Shown in pieces: positions 10,423-20,928 of a stretch of 58,253 bases of DNA. Numbering within the stretch: the first letter of the stretch is position 1; every line of letters begins with the position of its first letter. Below the pieces are notes generated by a model. That model saw only the letters and a list, made by a program, of their open reading frames with translations, was not told the DNA's origin and did no database searches. The DNA is taken from positions 13,297 to 71,549 of the forward strand of contig BLSG01000021.1 in assembly GCA_012862495.1 (NCBI GenBank). The letters are read 5' to 3'. A program made the translations under genes and the position numbers. The stretch is from Thraustochytrium aureum. Taxonomy: Eukaryota.

Positions 10423-12945
10423 CTAGCTTAAAGCCTCTGGAGCCGCGGCCAGCGATGGCCGGTGAACCTTGCCGCGGGCAGCCATCAAGAGTTCTCGGAG
10501 GTGCGTTGCGCGGGCAAAGTCCAGGTTGTGGATCTTCGCGCAGCCTAAAATGCACTCCGGCAGCTCCGAGTCGTCTTCGCCCTGGATTAGAAACCCTGCG
10601 CGGATTTTGACCTCTGGAGCCTTCTCCTTGAACTGATGAAACAGGCCTCGCGCGATGAGCCCAAACTTGTGCACCATCACGTTGACCTCCAGGCACTCAC
10701 GGGTGCGCTGCACAAGCGCCGTTTTGAACAGGATGACGGGCTTGCCGTTGAGGGGCTCCAAGCGGCTGCTGAGGCCCAGGTCGTTAAAGTTGGCAGCGAC
10801 GCCGATGCCCTTGAATCGCCGGCGGATGTCAGGGTTGGACTCAAACTCGTTGACAAAGGTCTGCAGGAGCGAAACCTCGGGCCGCTGTGGAATCGTTCCT
10901 ACCGCAACCTGCGCCGTCTCTGGTTTGATAGCAAAGTAGAAGACGACGCTCACGCCGGGGTCGTCCGAGCCCCACGGGCTGGGCGGTTTAAGGGGCACCT
11001 GCATGTTGACCATAATGATGCGCGGCAGCCCACTCTTCTCGATCACGTCGAGGTCGTCGCAAGGACGCGGGGGCGGGAGATCGACGTATGTGTGCACACC
11101 TTCTAGCTTGGTGTCGGCACGGAGCAAGTCCATGCCGACGATCTCGTACAGCGGCTCGCCGCTTGCCTGCTTGGTTTTCTTTTGCTTGTATCCAAGCGAG
11201 CGCACTTGAAAGGTGGATCCGGGGCACACCGACCAGGAGCAGTCCACGTTTTCCTCCTCCTCGGCCATCTGCATCGTTTGCCCACCAGTTGGCTTGGCTG
11301 GCGCGGAGCGCTCTGCGTTGATGGGTGCGCCAACGTCGGAAGGGAGAGGAGCTGCTGCTGCTGCTGCTGCTGCCGCTGCCGAGCCCGGCGCGCTCCCGCT
11401 CGACGTTGGGGAGACGGCGCTGGAGCGGGCGTCGGTTGGGGACGCAGGACTGGCTGCCGACAGATTCGCATCGGGTGCGGGTCTAGTTGCGGTCGGCATG
11501 GGGGGCCCGGGCGCTCACGGGCGACGTTGGGACCTGCGCGTCGTAATCCGGGCCAGGCACGTGTTGTCGCAAGAAAACCCGACGCGGTCGATAGTCGACA
11601 AGAGGCTCTTCATCGCACGGTTGTAGCGGAAGAGCGTCGTGTCGTGCTCGTTGGCGAGCTTTTCGTAGTAGACGACAAAGGACAAGAACGCCACGTTGAT
11701 CAGCATCCAGACCGCGATCTCATTCAGTGCGGGTCCCAGGTAGCAGACGGCGTTGATGCACACAAGGCAGCCGAGGGCGAGGTACGGGTCCACATGCGCT
11801 GCCTTGGCGCCGTCCGCGTGCACGACATTTGCCGATCGGTCCAGCAGAGGGAGCACGTCGCGCGCGACGGCGTCGCGCAGAAGGTAGCCAACGCGCATCG
11901 CGTCCTCTTGTTCTGGGTCTGGGTTTGGGATCTTTTGGTCCGGGTTGCCGGAGAAGTCGTTGTAGGTGGTCTGCGGCACATAGCCCTCCAAGAGGCGACC
12001 GCCCCCACGCCTCGTGCGGTCCTCGGCCTGGCGAAGCAGATCACGCGCCCGCCGCATGATGACGCTCCACTTGCGCGCGACTTCGGGCGTCTTGGCACGC
12101 AGGACAATGCTCGTGTTGCTCGACTGCGTGATGCTGTTTTTCTTTATGTCGTCGCACTCGAGGTGAATCAAGCACCCTTCGCTCGACTCGGTGGTGCGGA
12201 TGTTTTGGATGTCCGCGATCCGGATCTGCCCGCGTTCGTCCCCCAGCAGCGAGTTGGTCTCGCCCTTGCCGCCGCGCCGGGGCATCAAATAGTAGTACAG
12301 CGTCGAGGAGGTCAGGATGAAAAACCGCTTGCCCCAGCCCGCCTTCCAGTTTCCGTCCCTCTTCTTCTCGAGCCGCCCTGCAGCTAGGATCCACGCGCGC
12401 GGGTCGCAGTCGTACATGTGCGCGAGGTCGACCCCAGGAATCTCCTCGGAGGCGTACCCTTTCATGCGCGGCGACGTTGATGCCGAGCCTTCGGAGACCT
12501 GCCGCTGCAAACTGGTCCCGCTTCCGCCTAAGCTCCCTGCGTCCAGCATGCTGCCGTCTTTCTCGAACCCGTCCATGTCGTCGCTCGAGATGCTGGCTGT
12601 CGACATGGTCTTGTTGCCCATCACGCGCGCGTTTGGCGTGTTCAGGTGCGAGCCGGGGCTAACCGGCAGGGCACTGGACGCCGCGGCGGCGGAGGCGCTG
12701 TCCTCGCTCGCATCGTTTCGACTAGCAAGGCCAACGAGCTTGGCGTCCATCACGTCCTCCAGCAGCTTCTTCAGGTCTTCCAGCGGCAGCTGCACTACGC
12801 CATTGTCATCCACGCCGCCAGCCACAGCTGCAGCGGCGTCAGCAGCAACCTCTGCCCGCGCCCGGGACGAAACCTGTGCAGCCGCTACTGGAGCCGCCGT
12901 TGTCCCGGGCGCCGCCCCGCCGCGCCGCCCTCCGGCCTCGGCCAT
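10423..12945 (-). CDS. PH domain + TM hairpin + EDR2 C-terminal (DUF1336) domain protein; two compensating frameshifts at ~11575 and ~11503
   Basis: PH motif AGRLEKKRDG...WGKRFFILTSSTLYYY...LRAKTPEVARKW. EDR2_C motifs WS...F.VRS.GY...K.K..S and IRAGFLIQGEDDSELPECILGC. The bridging frame reads FLRQHVPGPDYDAQVPTSPVSARAP. Confidence 0.75.
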
Positions 12946-13547
12946 CCTGCAGCGCCTCTCCGCTCCGNNNNNNNNNNNNNNNNNNNNNNNNNNNNNNNNN
13001 NNNNNNNNNNNNNNNNNNNNNNNNNNNNNNNNNNNNNNNNNNNNNNNNNNNNNNNNNNNNNNNNNNNNNNNNNNNNNNNNNNNNNNNNNNNNNNNNNNNN
13101 NNNNNNNNNNNNNNNNNNNNNNNNNNNNNNNNNNNNNNNNNNNNNNNNNNNNNNNNNNNNNNNNNNNNNNNNNNNNNNNNNNNNNNNNNNNNNNNNNNNN
13201 NNNNNNNNNNNNNNNNNNNNNNNNNNNNNNNNNNNNNNNNNNNNNNNNNNNNNNNNNNNNNNNNNNNNNNNNNNNNNNNNNNNNNNNNNNNNNNNNNNNN
13301 NNNNNNNNNNNNNNNNNNNNNNNNNNNNNNNNNNNNNNNNNNNNNNNNNNNNNNNNNNNNNNNNNNNNNNNNNNNNNNNNNNNNNNNNNNNNNNNNNNNN
13401 NNNNNNNNNNNNNNNNNNNNNNNNNNNNNNNNNNNNNNNNNNNNNNNNNNNNNNNNNNNNNNNNNNNNNNNNNNNNNNNNNNNNGGGGTTTGGTGTTCGG
13501 TTTGATTGAGGAGAATGAGAACGAGCGCTCTCGATCGAGTTGCACGG

Positions 13548-15728
13548 TTAGTTCGTCTCGTAAAAGGTCGAGACGGCAAGCACGGCCATCAACAACGTAG
13601 CGAAGCGCGGGAACAGGGCGCTAGCAGCCGCGGTGTCGATGTTGGTCCCGTTCGTCTGGTTGTTCGGGTTGTTCGGGTCGACAGGGTCGACAGGGTCGAT
13701 GGGGTCGGTGACCGTCGCGTTGCAAACAGTGAGATCTTGCGTCGCGTTGGACGTTGCGCACGTAACACAGGTCACCAGCGCAGTGAACGGAGCGCCGGTC
13801 GGGTTGGTGGGCTCACTCTCTGAATCGGCCACCTCCTTGAGCTGCGCAAAGCACACCTCGTCCTTGACGCAGGCGTCCACCAAGCCGCCGCAAGTCTCGA
13901 TAATAGTAGGCCCGAAGAGCTTTGAAATGTCGAACCCGTCGTCGTCGCAGCTATTGGCGAGCTTGCAGACCGCGCACTTGTACAGGTTAATGAGCTCCTC
14001 TGGCGCTCCGTCGGGGAGGCTTAGCGGCTCCTCGCTGACTACAAGGTCGTTCAGAGACGCAAGGCACGTGGGCTTCTCAGAGCACGCCACAAACTCTGCT
14101 GGGCATGCAAAGACTATCTCCTTTCCAACGCCGTCGAAGCGCACACCACCGCACTCGGGACAGAAGGGCTTCAGGGGTTCTGAGCATTCTGCGTCCAACT
14201 CGCTCTCGTCACTGAAGACAACACTCAGCGTGGACGAGCAGTTCGTCAACTCGGACACAGCAGTGCCTGCTTTGACAGAAACCTTGATATCCAGGATCCA
14301 CTCAGTCGAGCCGGCGGGTGCGCCCGCAGGTGACATCATGCAAAGACAGCCGGGGCTTTCACCAGCACCCGTGTCGCTGAGAGTCGCGACAATCCCGGCA
14401 GCACTGCTCGAGCAAACGTTCGTGCTGTTGAGGGCGGTCCCGCACGACGTGCACGAGCCAGCTGAGCATGGGCCGCTCGAGGCCGGAGCCACGCTCGAGC
14501 ACATGTACCCATCAGAATGAGTCGCTGCAGGTACGGCTGTGTACTCGATCTCCAGGTGCTCAGCCCCAGGTCCCGCGAGGGCGACTGTGTGAAGAAACGT
14601 GTCTAGACTGCCACCGCTAGCCGCGGCGATGCGTGCCTGAAAGTTGAAGGAAGACCCCGGAAAGGGGCAACCGCAGATTTCCTGATTTCCACACGAGATC
14701 TCCTTTGCGAGGTTGGTGAAACCGGCCTCTGGCCACGACGCGAGACCTTCAGCGGCGCCGCATTTCCCGCTCAGCAAGAGTTCCTCGTGAACTGGACAAA
14801 CCAAACAGTTGAACAGGTCGCGCATTTTGGTGCTGAAGGTGTTCATGTCGGGAACTCCCGTTTGGCCTTGCGTGGCGACCTCAAATTCGTTCTTGCACGT
14901 CGGGTCAGACAGACAAACGCCAAGCGGCAGCAAGCAAGAATCAAAGTCAATGCCGTCGCCGCCACCATTGTCTTCACAGCTCGGGCAGTAAGGCGCCAGT
15001 TCGTTGAGGCATACTGGAAAGTCAACCGTCGGGAGGTAATCAGGCTCGTTTGTGATAGTGCTGATGGTTGTCATCACAGTCGCCGTGCAGTCGACGTTCT
15101 GGCCAACAAACTCATCGCGCAAAGTGATGGCGACGTCGATGTAGTACCCGCCGTTGCTGGTCTCGGACGGGCGGGGCCCGAAAGCGTTGGTCTGGCACGT
15201 GCAGTTCGTCGTGTTGGAGCCTACAACGGAGAGACCGCCAAGCGCGTTCGTTTCGCACAACTGTTGTTTGTCCGTGTTGCACGAGTCGCAGCTGCCAAAC
15301 TGATACCCAAACGCGCAGGTCTCGCCCCCGACGCGGCACAGCGGCTCGTTGTTGTTCGAATTGCTGACCGCAGTCACAAAGTACTGGAACTCGAGGTAGT
15401 CGGCGCCGGGACCCGCAAAGCCGATGGCGGCAAGGTACCGGTCAACCGCACCGTTGCCAGCCCCAGTAAAATGGGCGCGAAGGTAGAGCGGCTGGCCTGG
15501 GTCAGGGCAGTTGCAGATCTCGTATTTGCCACACGTTGCCTCGGTTGCATTCGACAGCAAGCTCTCGGGCCAGCTGGCAAGCACGCCGCTCGCTGCAGGG
15601 CAACTCGATTGCAGCGCGGTCGCATTCTCGCACGCCTCTCGGTTGAAAACGACCTCCTGGGATCCCGCGGCAGGGCATACTGCCAGGGCAGCAGCGGTGG
15701 CCAGGCAGGCCGCGAGCTTTGCGAACAT
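13548..15728 (-). CDS. Cysteine-rich, probably GPI-anchored surface protein with internal repeats (727 aa)
   Basis: Signal peptide MFAKLAACLATAAALAVCPAAGS, two copies of a ~230-aa Cys-rich domain, three helical Cys modules, DPV/NPN linker and a hydrophobic C-terminus preceded by small residues. Confidence 0.8.
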   Translation of the reverse strand: MFAKLAACLATAAALAVCPAAGSQEVVFNREACENATALQSSCPAASGVLASWPESLLSNATEATCGKYEICNCPDPGQPLYLRAHFTGAGNGAVDRYLAAIGFAGPGADYLEFQYFVTAVSNSNNNEPLCRVGGETCAFGYQFGSCDSCNTDKQQLCETNALGGLSVVGSNTTNCTCQTNAFGPRPSETSNGGYYIDVAITLRDEFVGQNVDCTATVMTTISTITNEPDYLPTVDFPVCLNELAPYCPSCEDNGGGDGIDFDSCLLPLGVCLSDPTCKNEFEVATQGQTGVPDMNTFSTKMRDLFNCLVCPVHEELLLSGKCGAAEGLASWPEAGFTNLAKEISCGNQEICGCPFPGSSFNFQARIAAASGGSLDTFLHTVALAGPGAEHLEIEYTAVPAATHSDGYMCSSVAPASSGPCSAGSCTSCGTALNSTNVCSSSAAGIVATLSDTGAGESPGCLCMMSPAGAPAGSTEWILDIKVSVKAGTAVSELTNCSSTLSVVFSDESELDAECSEPLKPFCPECGGVRFDGVGKEIVFACPAEFVACSEKPTCLASLNDLVVSEEPLSLPDGAPEELINLYKCAVCKLANSCDDDGFDISKLFGPTIIETCGGLVDACVKDEVCFAQLKEVADSESEPTNPTGAPFTALVTCVTCATSNATQDLTVCNATVTDPIDPVDPVDPNNPNNQTNGTNIDTAAASALFPRFATLLMAVLAVSTFYETN

Positions 15729-16442
15729 GTTCTGGTTGCTGGTTTCCGAGTCCTCGAGCACGCTGTTGTGCTTGGCTCGCTGCTTCGCTTGGCTTGGCGA
15801 TTCGGGTCTGCCTGTCTGGCTCTCGATGTTCTGCATTTGCTTCCAAGCCGATGACAAGGCGCCTTGTGCGAGAAGGCTGGCGGCGCTGGAATCCAGATGG
15901 GAGCCGCGAGCCAGTTGCGAGCCCGCTGCGAGCAGATCTCGTTGCTGTGAGCACGCCTTTGTGGATCCTCCTTGCAATCTGTGCGCCGACCTGTGAGGCA
16001 GTTGCATTGCAGATCGTCGCCCAAACGCCCAGTCTTCCTAGCTAGAAAGCCAGCTGTCCTTGCCTCGATCTACTCGGCACAGAACGGGATCCACGGAGGG
16101 CAAAGGTGTGCGGCCCCTGGACTGCCAGTGATGATCATGATGCGCGGAAACAGTGGACAAGCGAGCGCAGAGGAGAGGAAGGTAACTGGTACGGGCAGGA
16201 GTAGAATACACCATACCACGTCGACGTCGAGTTGGAGTGGAGTAGCATTGCACGTGACACATGGCGAGATTGGGCTTGCGACAAGATTCGAACACACTGT
16301 CCAGTTGGTACACTGGGTAGGTATTGTGAGCACGTTCGTGACGGCTTCGCATTGTTCGTGTTCTGTCTGCTCGTTGCTCTCGTTGTTCGTCGACAACAAA
16401 ATCCATGTCGACCAGCGTCGAGCAGCAGGTCAGATAGAGCCG

Positions 16443-16835
16443 CGACGCTCGACGCTGCAAGCCTGCGAATACGACGTCTGCGCGCCTGCGCTCGCCCGCT
16501 CTCTCGACGCTCGACGCTGCAAGCCTGCGAATACGACGTCTGCGCGNNNNNNNNNNNNNNNNNNNNNNNNNNNNNNNNNNNNNNNNNNNNNNNNNNNNNN
16601 NNNNNNNNNNNNNNNNNNNNNNNNNNNNNNNNNNNNNNNNNNNNNNNNNNNNNNNNNNNNNNNNNNNNNNNNNNNNNNNNNNNNNNNNNNNNNNNNNNNN
16701 NNNNNNNNNNGCCTGCGCTCACCCGCTCTCTCGACGTCTGCGCGCCTGCGCTCGCCGGTTCTCACGAAGTCTACGCGCCTGCGCTCGCCGGTTCTCACAA
16801 AGTCTACGCGCCTGCGCTCGCCGGCTCTCACGAGC
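16443..16835. repeat. Tandem repeat array (~62-bp and 33-bp units sharing cgcgcctgcgctcgcc) flanking an assembly gap
   Basis: cgacgctcgacgctgcaagcctgcgaatacgacgtctgcgcg occurs twice before the gap; cgcgcctgcgctcgccggttctcac occurs about three times after it. Confidence 0.85.
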
Positions 16836-16905
16836 TCCGCCAGCAGCGCTGCAGACGCGCTCGAATCTTGTGAGCGCGGGTCGAGTGCGCTCGGCTCGGC
16901 CACAA

Positions 16906-19266
16906 ATGACCCCCACGGATGCTGTCCCGGTGAGTGAGGAGCAGCTGTCCGACAACGTCCTGCTTCGTACGAATGATCTCGTTGCACGAGAGCAGGACGC
17001 CAGTCACGCGCAGGGAGCAGTTGTCGGGTTTTTGTACGAGCTCTCCGTAGGCGCGCAAAGGGGCGTCTTGTTTTTCATCGACATCACAGGGAGCGAAAAC
17101 CTGCGGTTGGAGTCGGGAGGATTCCTCAACAAGTCGGAGGTTCCCGCCGGGTCGAGCAACGTCGAGGTCGCCCGTGTCCGCGTCGTGGACGCAAGCCACC
17201 CGTGGTCGCTGCAATGCAGGTACACCTGGACAGAAAAAGAAACGGAACGAAAAGAGATCGCCAAAGGCGTGGTCCTCGAGACGACCGACATGTGGGCCAA
17301 GGGACGCGCGGTTACAGCGATCGCGTACAACCTCAAGGTCGATTCCAACAAGCGGGTCGTGTTCACGCTGGACTTTCACGGCAGCGAGAACCTCGAGCTC
17401 GCCACAGGCGGCACCAAGCTCAAGACCGTCGCAGAGCCCTTGGCCACGACGCCCGTGGGCTACCTGCAGGTCATCAACCCAACCCTGCCGTGGTCGCTCA
17501 AGTGCAAGTACGAATGGTCCGAAGACATCCCGAACCGGCCGGTGGTCGACAAGCCAGAGTTGAAGGACCTCGGCCCTGGCCTCGTGCTGCGCACCGTGCG
17601 AAGTGATGCGGGCAACGGCGACACTTTCCGCTACGAGCTTGCCTGCTCCAAGAATGCTGTGATCGACTTTACGCTCGACTGCTCTGAAAGCTCCAACATG
17701 ACCCTCAAGGACGGCTCTGTCGAGCAGCGCACTGTCGTGCAGCCCTGGGACCGCGCGCACGTCGGCACAGTCATCGTCGCAAACCCAACCAGGCCGTGGA
17801 ACCTGAAATGCAAGTTCGCCTGGTCTGAGAGGTCGCCCCGCCCGCCGTCCTTGGGCTCCTCCACGAGTGACACCGCCGCAGCAGTCAGCGACCCCGGGGT
17901 ACAGCCAGGGGAAAACACCGCTTGCGACGAGCTGTCGAGCCTGGAGAGCCGCGTGGCCTCCGTCGCGCTCGACGAAGGCGCTTCGGTGAGCTCTCTCGAG
18001 GTGCAGCGCGCCAGCACCGCGACGATCAGCAACGAAGACTCGAGCTTTGACGGTGGCTCTTCGCTCGAGAGCGGGCACGAGAGAATGCTTCCGCGAGCCT
18101 CCGGTCCGATTGCGCCGCCCCCGCCGGCTGTCGCGCCACCTGCTGCGCCTAGCGCGGAAACAGCTCCAGAGCCTTCCCCACTACCGCGCCCGACGCGAAG
18201 GGCGCCTGGGCTCCACCTCGAGGTCGACTCGCCCAACTCGGAGCCTGCCGCAGATCTTGAGCGCATCTCCAGTCAGGCCGCCGTATCGATGGGCCCACCC
18301 GGGGTCACAGAGCGGGTTGCATCGACGCAAGCAAACGCAGGTGGTGGATCGGCCAAGCTTCCGCCTGGGGTCGCCAAGCGCGAGAACTCCGGACGAGCCA
18401 AAGCACTCTCTGCGCAATCACGCACTTCATCTGGCGAGGCGGCGGGGCCGGCGATCCACTTGTCCATGCCCTTACCGCCGCCATCGCCCATGGCGGATGA
18501 CTGCACCGACGAGTCCAAGATGGACAACAAGGAGATCGGGCCAAACATTTTCCTCACGACGTACCAGATCCTGTCCAGCCCGACGCGCATCGTCTACAAG
18601 CTCGACGTCCGCAAGCCGGCGACAGTGACCTTTGCAGCTGACTTCGCTGGTTCCGCAAATCTGAGCCTGCGCGACGCCGACCCCGGCGCTCCGCTGTCGA
18701 AGCGCACCGTTGTGGCGCCCTTTACAACGGCGGTAGTGGCACACCTCGAGGTCGCTGACAAGACCCCCGGCAAGCCGTGGAACCTGAGGTGCAAATATGC
18801 CTTTGAGGAGCACGACGATACAATAAACGCTGCGCACACAGCCTNNNNNNNNNNNNNNNNNNNNNNNNNNNNNNNNNNNNNNNNNNNNNNNNNNNNNNNN
18901 NNNNNNNNNNNNNNNNNNNNNNNNNNNNNNNNNNNNNNNNNNNNNNNNNNNNNNNNNNNNNNNNNNNNNNNNNNNNNNNNNNNNNNNNNNNNNCTCCATC
19001 GCTGCGGCCCAGCGCGAGCACGAACCGCCGCCGAGCTCGACGCCCATCCGTCCAGCGCAAACGAAGACCAGCTGCAGCTCTTTCTCAGGGGCCTCAGCCT
19101 GGACGAGTACGCCTCGGCCTTTCGCGCCGAGCAGGTCGATTTCCCGCTTTTGCTGGAAATGGCCGCAGAGGAGGACTCTCTGCGTGGCACGCTCAGGGAG
19201 CTTGGTGTTGCCAAGCTTGGCCACCGCGAGAAGATAATCACAGCGCTGCGAAAGCACCGAAGCTGA
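16906..19266 (+). CDS. Protein with four copies of a ~90-aa beta-rich domain plus a C-terminal SAM domain; gap at 18845-18993
   Basis: Repeat consensus Y.L.V.....V.F..D..GS.NL.L...........V.P......V..L.V......PW.L.CKY.W.E, four times. SAM: FLRGLSLDEYASAFRAEQVDFPLLL...LRELGVAKLGHREKIITAL. Confidence 0.8.
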   Translation: MTPTDAVPVSEEQLSDNVLLRTNDLVAREQDASHAQGAVVGFLYELSVGAQRGVLFFIDITGSENLRLESGGFLNKSEVPAGSSNVEVARVRVVDASHPWSLQCRYTWTEKETERKEIAKGVVLETTDMWAKGRAVTAIAYNLKVDSNKRVVFTLDFHGSENLELATGGTKLKTVAEPLATTPVGYLQVINPTLPWSLKCKYEWSEDIPNRPVVDKPELKDLGPGLVLRTVRSDAGNGDTFRYELACSKNAVIDFTLDCSESSNMTLKDGSVEQRTVVQPWDRAHVGTVIVANPTRPWNLKCKFAWSERSPRPPSLGSSTSDTAAAVSDPGVQPGENTACDELSSLESRVASVALDEGASVSSLEVQRASTATISNEDSSFDGGSSLESGHERMLPRASGPIAPPPPAVAPPAAPSAETAPEPSPLPRPTRRAPGLHLEVDSPNSEPAADLERISSQAAVSMGPPGVTERVASTQANAGGGSAKLPPGVAKRENSGRAKALSAQSRTSSGEAAGPAIHLSMPLPPPSPMADDCTDESKMDNKEIGPNIFLTTYQILSSPTRIVYKLDVRKPATVTFAADFAGSANLSLRDADPGAPLSKRTVVAPFTTAVVAHLEVADKTPGKPWNLRCKYAFEEHDDTINAAHTAXXXXXXXXXXXXXXXXXXXXXXXXXXXXXXXXXXXXXXXXXXXXXXXXXXLHRCGPARARTAAELDAHPSSANEDQLQLFLRGLSLDEYASAFRAEQVDFPLLLEMAAEEDSLRGTLRELGVAKLGHREKIITALRKHRS

Positions 19267-19347
19267 CCGCGCGACAGACGTGGCAGGCACGGGATCCGGA
19301 GGGGCCGTGGAAGGCGTGCGGTATGTTGCGCCGACCGGTGGCAACCC

Positions 19348-19394
19348 GCGCTGAAGCTACGTGGCGCTGAAGCTACGTGGCGCTGAAGCTACGT
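19348..19394. repeat. 16-bp tandem repeat x3 (gcgctgaagctacgtg)
   Basis: Directly visible, between convergent 3' ends. Confidence 0.9.
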
Positions 19395-19604
19395 ACGCTC
19401 GTAGCCAAGTAGATTGTGCTTTTGTTTTCCTGTTTCAAGACCTCACAGTCGAGCGGGGAGGCGTTCGCTTGCTTGGTCTCACGGGCAACGAGCCGAAGGA
19501 GCCACGCGAGCCGCGGCACAGGTCGTTCTTGCAGCCACTGAATTGAGGCGAGCCGACGGATCCTTGCGGCCCTTGCCCGCCTAGCGACCGGGTCGATTGT
19601 CGTC

Positions 19605-20792
19605 TCAGTTGTCGTCGTCGTCGTCGTCGTCCTCGCCGTTTTCGCTCTCTCCTTCGCTTGCACTGGGGGAATCGGGACCTGGTTGCAAGGTGATTTCGCT
19701 CGACTCAAGGGACCAGAATGGCTCCACGTCCTCATCGTGGCGCAGGGCAGGCGGGCTCGACCAGGCAAGCTGTAGCGAGACTCCGCACTCGTCAACTGAG
19801 AGCACCAGAGGGTCATGGCCTGCAGGCTGCCTTGGCGAGGGTTTCTTGGTGAGGTCCATCTCCTTGTTGAACGAGACCAAAAGCGCCGCCGCACTGAGCT
19901 CGTGTGCCACATCTCGCTCGAGGGCTTGGATCCCCTCGGGCTTGTGGTCAAGCCAAACGTTGACGAGGAAAGTAACTCGAGGGCCGCAACATGGTTTGGC
20001 GGTCGAGAGAGGGCGGAGCGCAGACGGTGCCCCATGCAGGAGCCGGCCGTCGAAACTGAGGTGATTACCGGGCGCCGGAACCCCGACAAGCGTTGGGCAT
20101 TGTGGGTCAAGCTCAAACGACAAGTCTACGTCGCCTTCTCCACTTTCGGCTTCGATCTCGTTCTCGTTCTCAACGCTTTCGCTGGCGCGATGGCCGCCGG
20201 TACCGGACGTTCGGGGCTTGGCCTGCTCCACCCAAATAGGGAACACCACGGTGGGGGCGCCCACAGCAGAGAGGTACGTGACGGTCGAGACTGCAGGGCT
20301 TACATACATCCCAGTTGTCCCTGCGAGCATTTCGTCTTTGTCAAAGTGCAGCTGGATTGTCTCGCCCGTGATCTCGCGGTCAAGCACCTCGCTAGGCTCG
20401 CCCGTGCTCTCGCGGTCGAGCACCTCGCTAGGCTCCCCCGCCTTGCGCGCTCGCTTAGCTGGCGGTTCTCCTGCATCCCCGTGCTCGGAGACCACCGCAC
20501 GTCGCTCGGGATCGCACTCGCGGACCTGAGTCCACCACTCACAGCCGGACCGCTCCCTGTCGAACGAGCGTCCAGCCGAATGAAACTCAAACACGTCGAT
20601 CGCAAGCTGCTCGAGCGCGCAGAGCCGCTGCGGCCGCTGCGTGTCGAGCGCCGGCAGCCAGAACGTCCCGTCGAGTCCTCGCTCCGTTTCGAGCTTGCTC
20701 AGTTTGCAACATTCCTCTCTGGTGCGGTCCGCGTCCTCGGGCCCGACCACGCATCGAAACGCTCTACCGCGCACGCACTCTACTGGCGCCAT
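19605..20792 (-). CDS. Putative 2OG-Fe(II) oxygenase-fold protein with an acidic C-terminal tail
   Basis: CEWWTQ, LHFDKDE (HxD), STVTYLS..GAPTVV, SFDGRLLHG (distal His) and RVTFLVNVW (2OG-binding Arg). Internal 12-aa duplication GEPSEVLDRE. Confidence 0.65.
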   Translation of the reverse strand: MAPVECVRGRAFRCVVGPEDADRTREECCKLSKLETERGLDGTFWLPALDTQRPQRLCALEQLAIDVFEFHSAGRSFDRERSGCEWWTQVRECDPERRAVVSEHGDAGEPPAKRARKAGEPSEVLDRESTGEPSEVLDREITGETIQLHFDKDEMLAGTTGMYVSPAVSTVTYLSAVGAPTVVFPIWVEQAKPRTSGTGGHRASESVENENEIEAESGEGDVDLSFELDPQCPTLVGVPAPGNHLSFDGRLLHGAPSALRPLSTAKPCCGPRVTFLVNVWLDHKPEGIQALERDVAHELSAAALLVSFNKEMDLTKKPSPRQPAGHDPLVLSVDECGVSLQLAWSSPPALRHDEDVEPFWSLESSEITLQPGPDSPSASEGESENGEDDDDDDDN

Positions 20793-20928
20793 CAGGCCGC
20801 GTCCTCAGCAGCCCTCGTGCCCGGCCCTTCGCGCCTCGCGTCCGCGCTCTGCCCGCCCATTCCCCTCGCCAAGAGCACCGGCCCAGGCCTCTCGTCTGAC
20901 GTGACACCGTCTGCACCTCGCGTCACCT

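Noticed and set aside
11515..11517. In-frame TGA as selenocysteine or stop readthrough
   Set aside because: It lies in a non-conserved linker, no SECIS was recognised, and two compensating homopolymer errors explain it better.
16070..16399. Small Cys-containing ORF with CVTCNAT and LFPR, echoing the tail of the adjacent surface protein
   Set aside because: The similarity is only a few residues and the ORF has a non-ATG start. That is not enough to call a paralog remnant.
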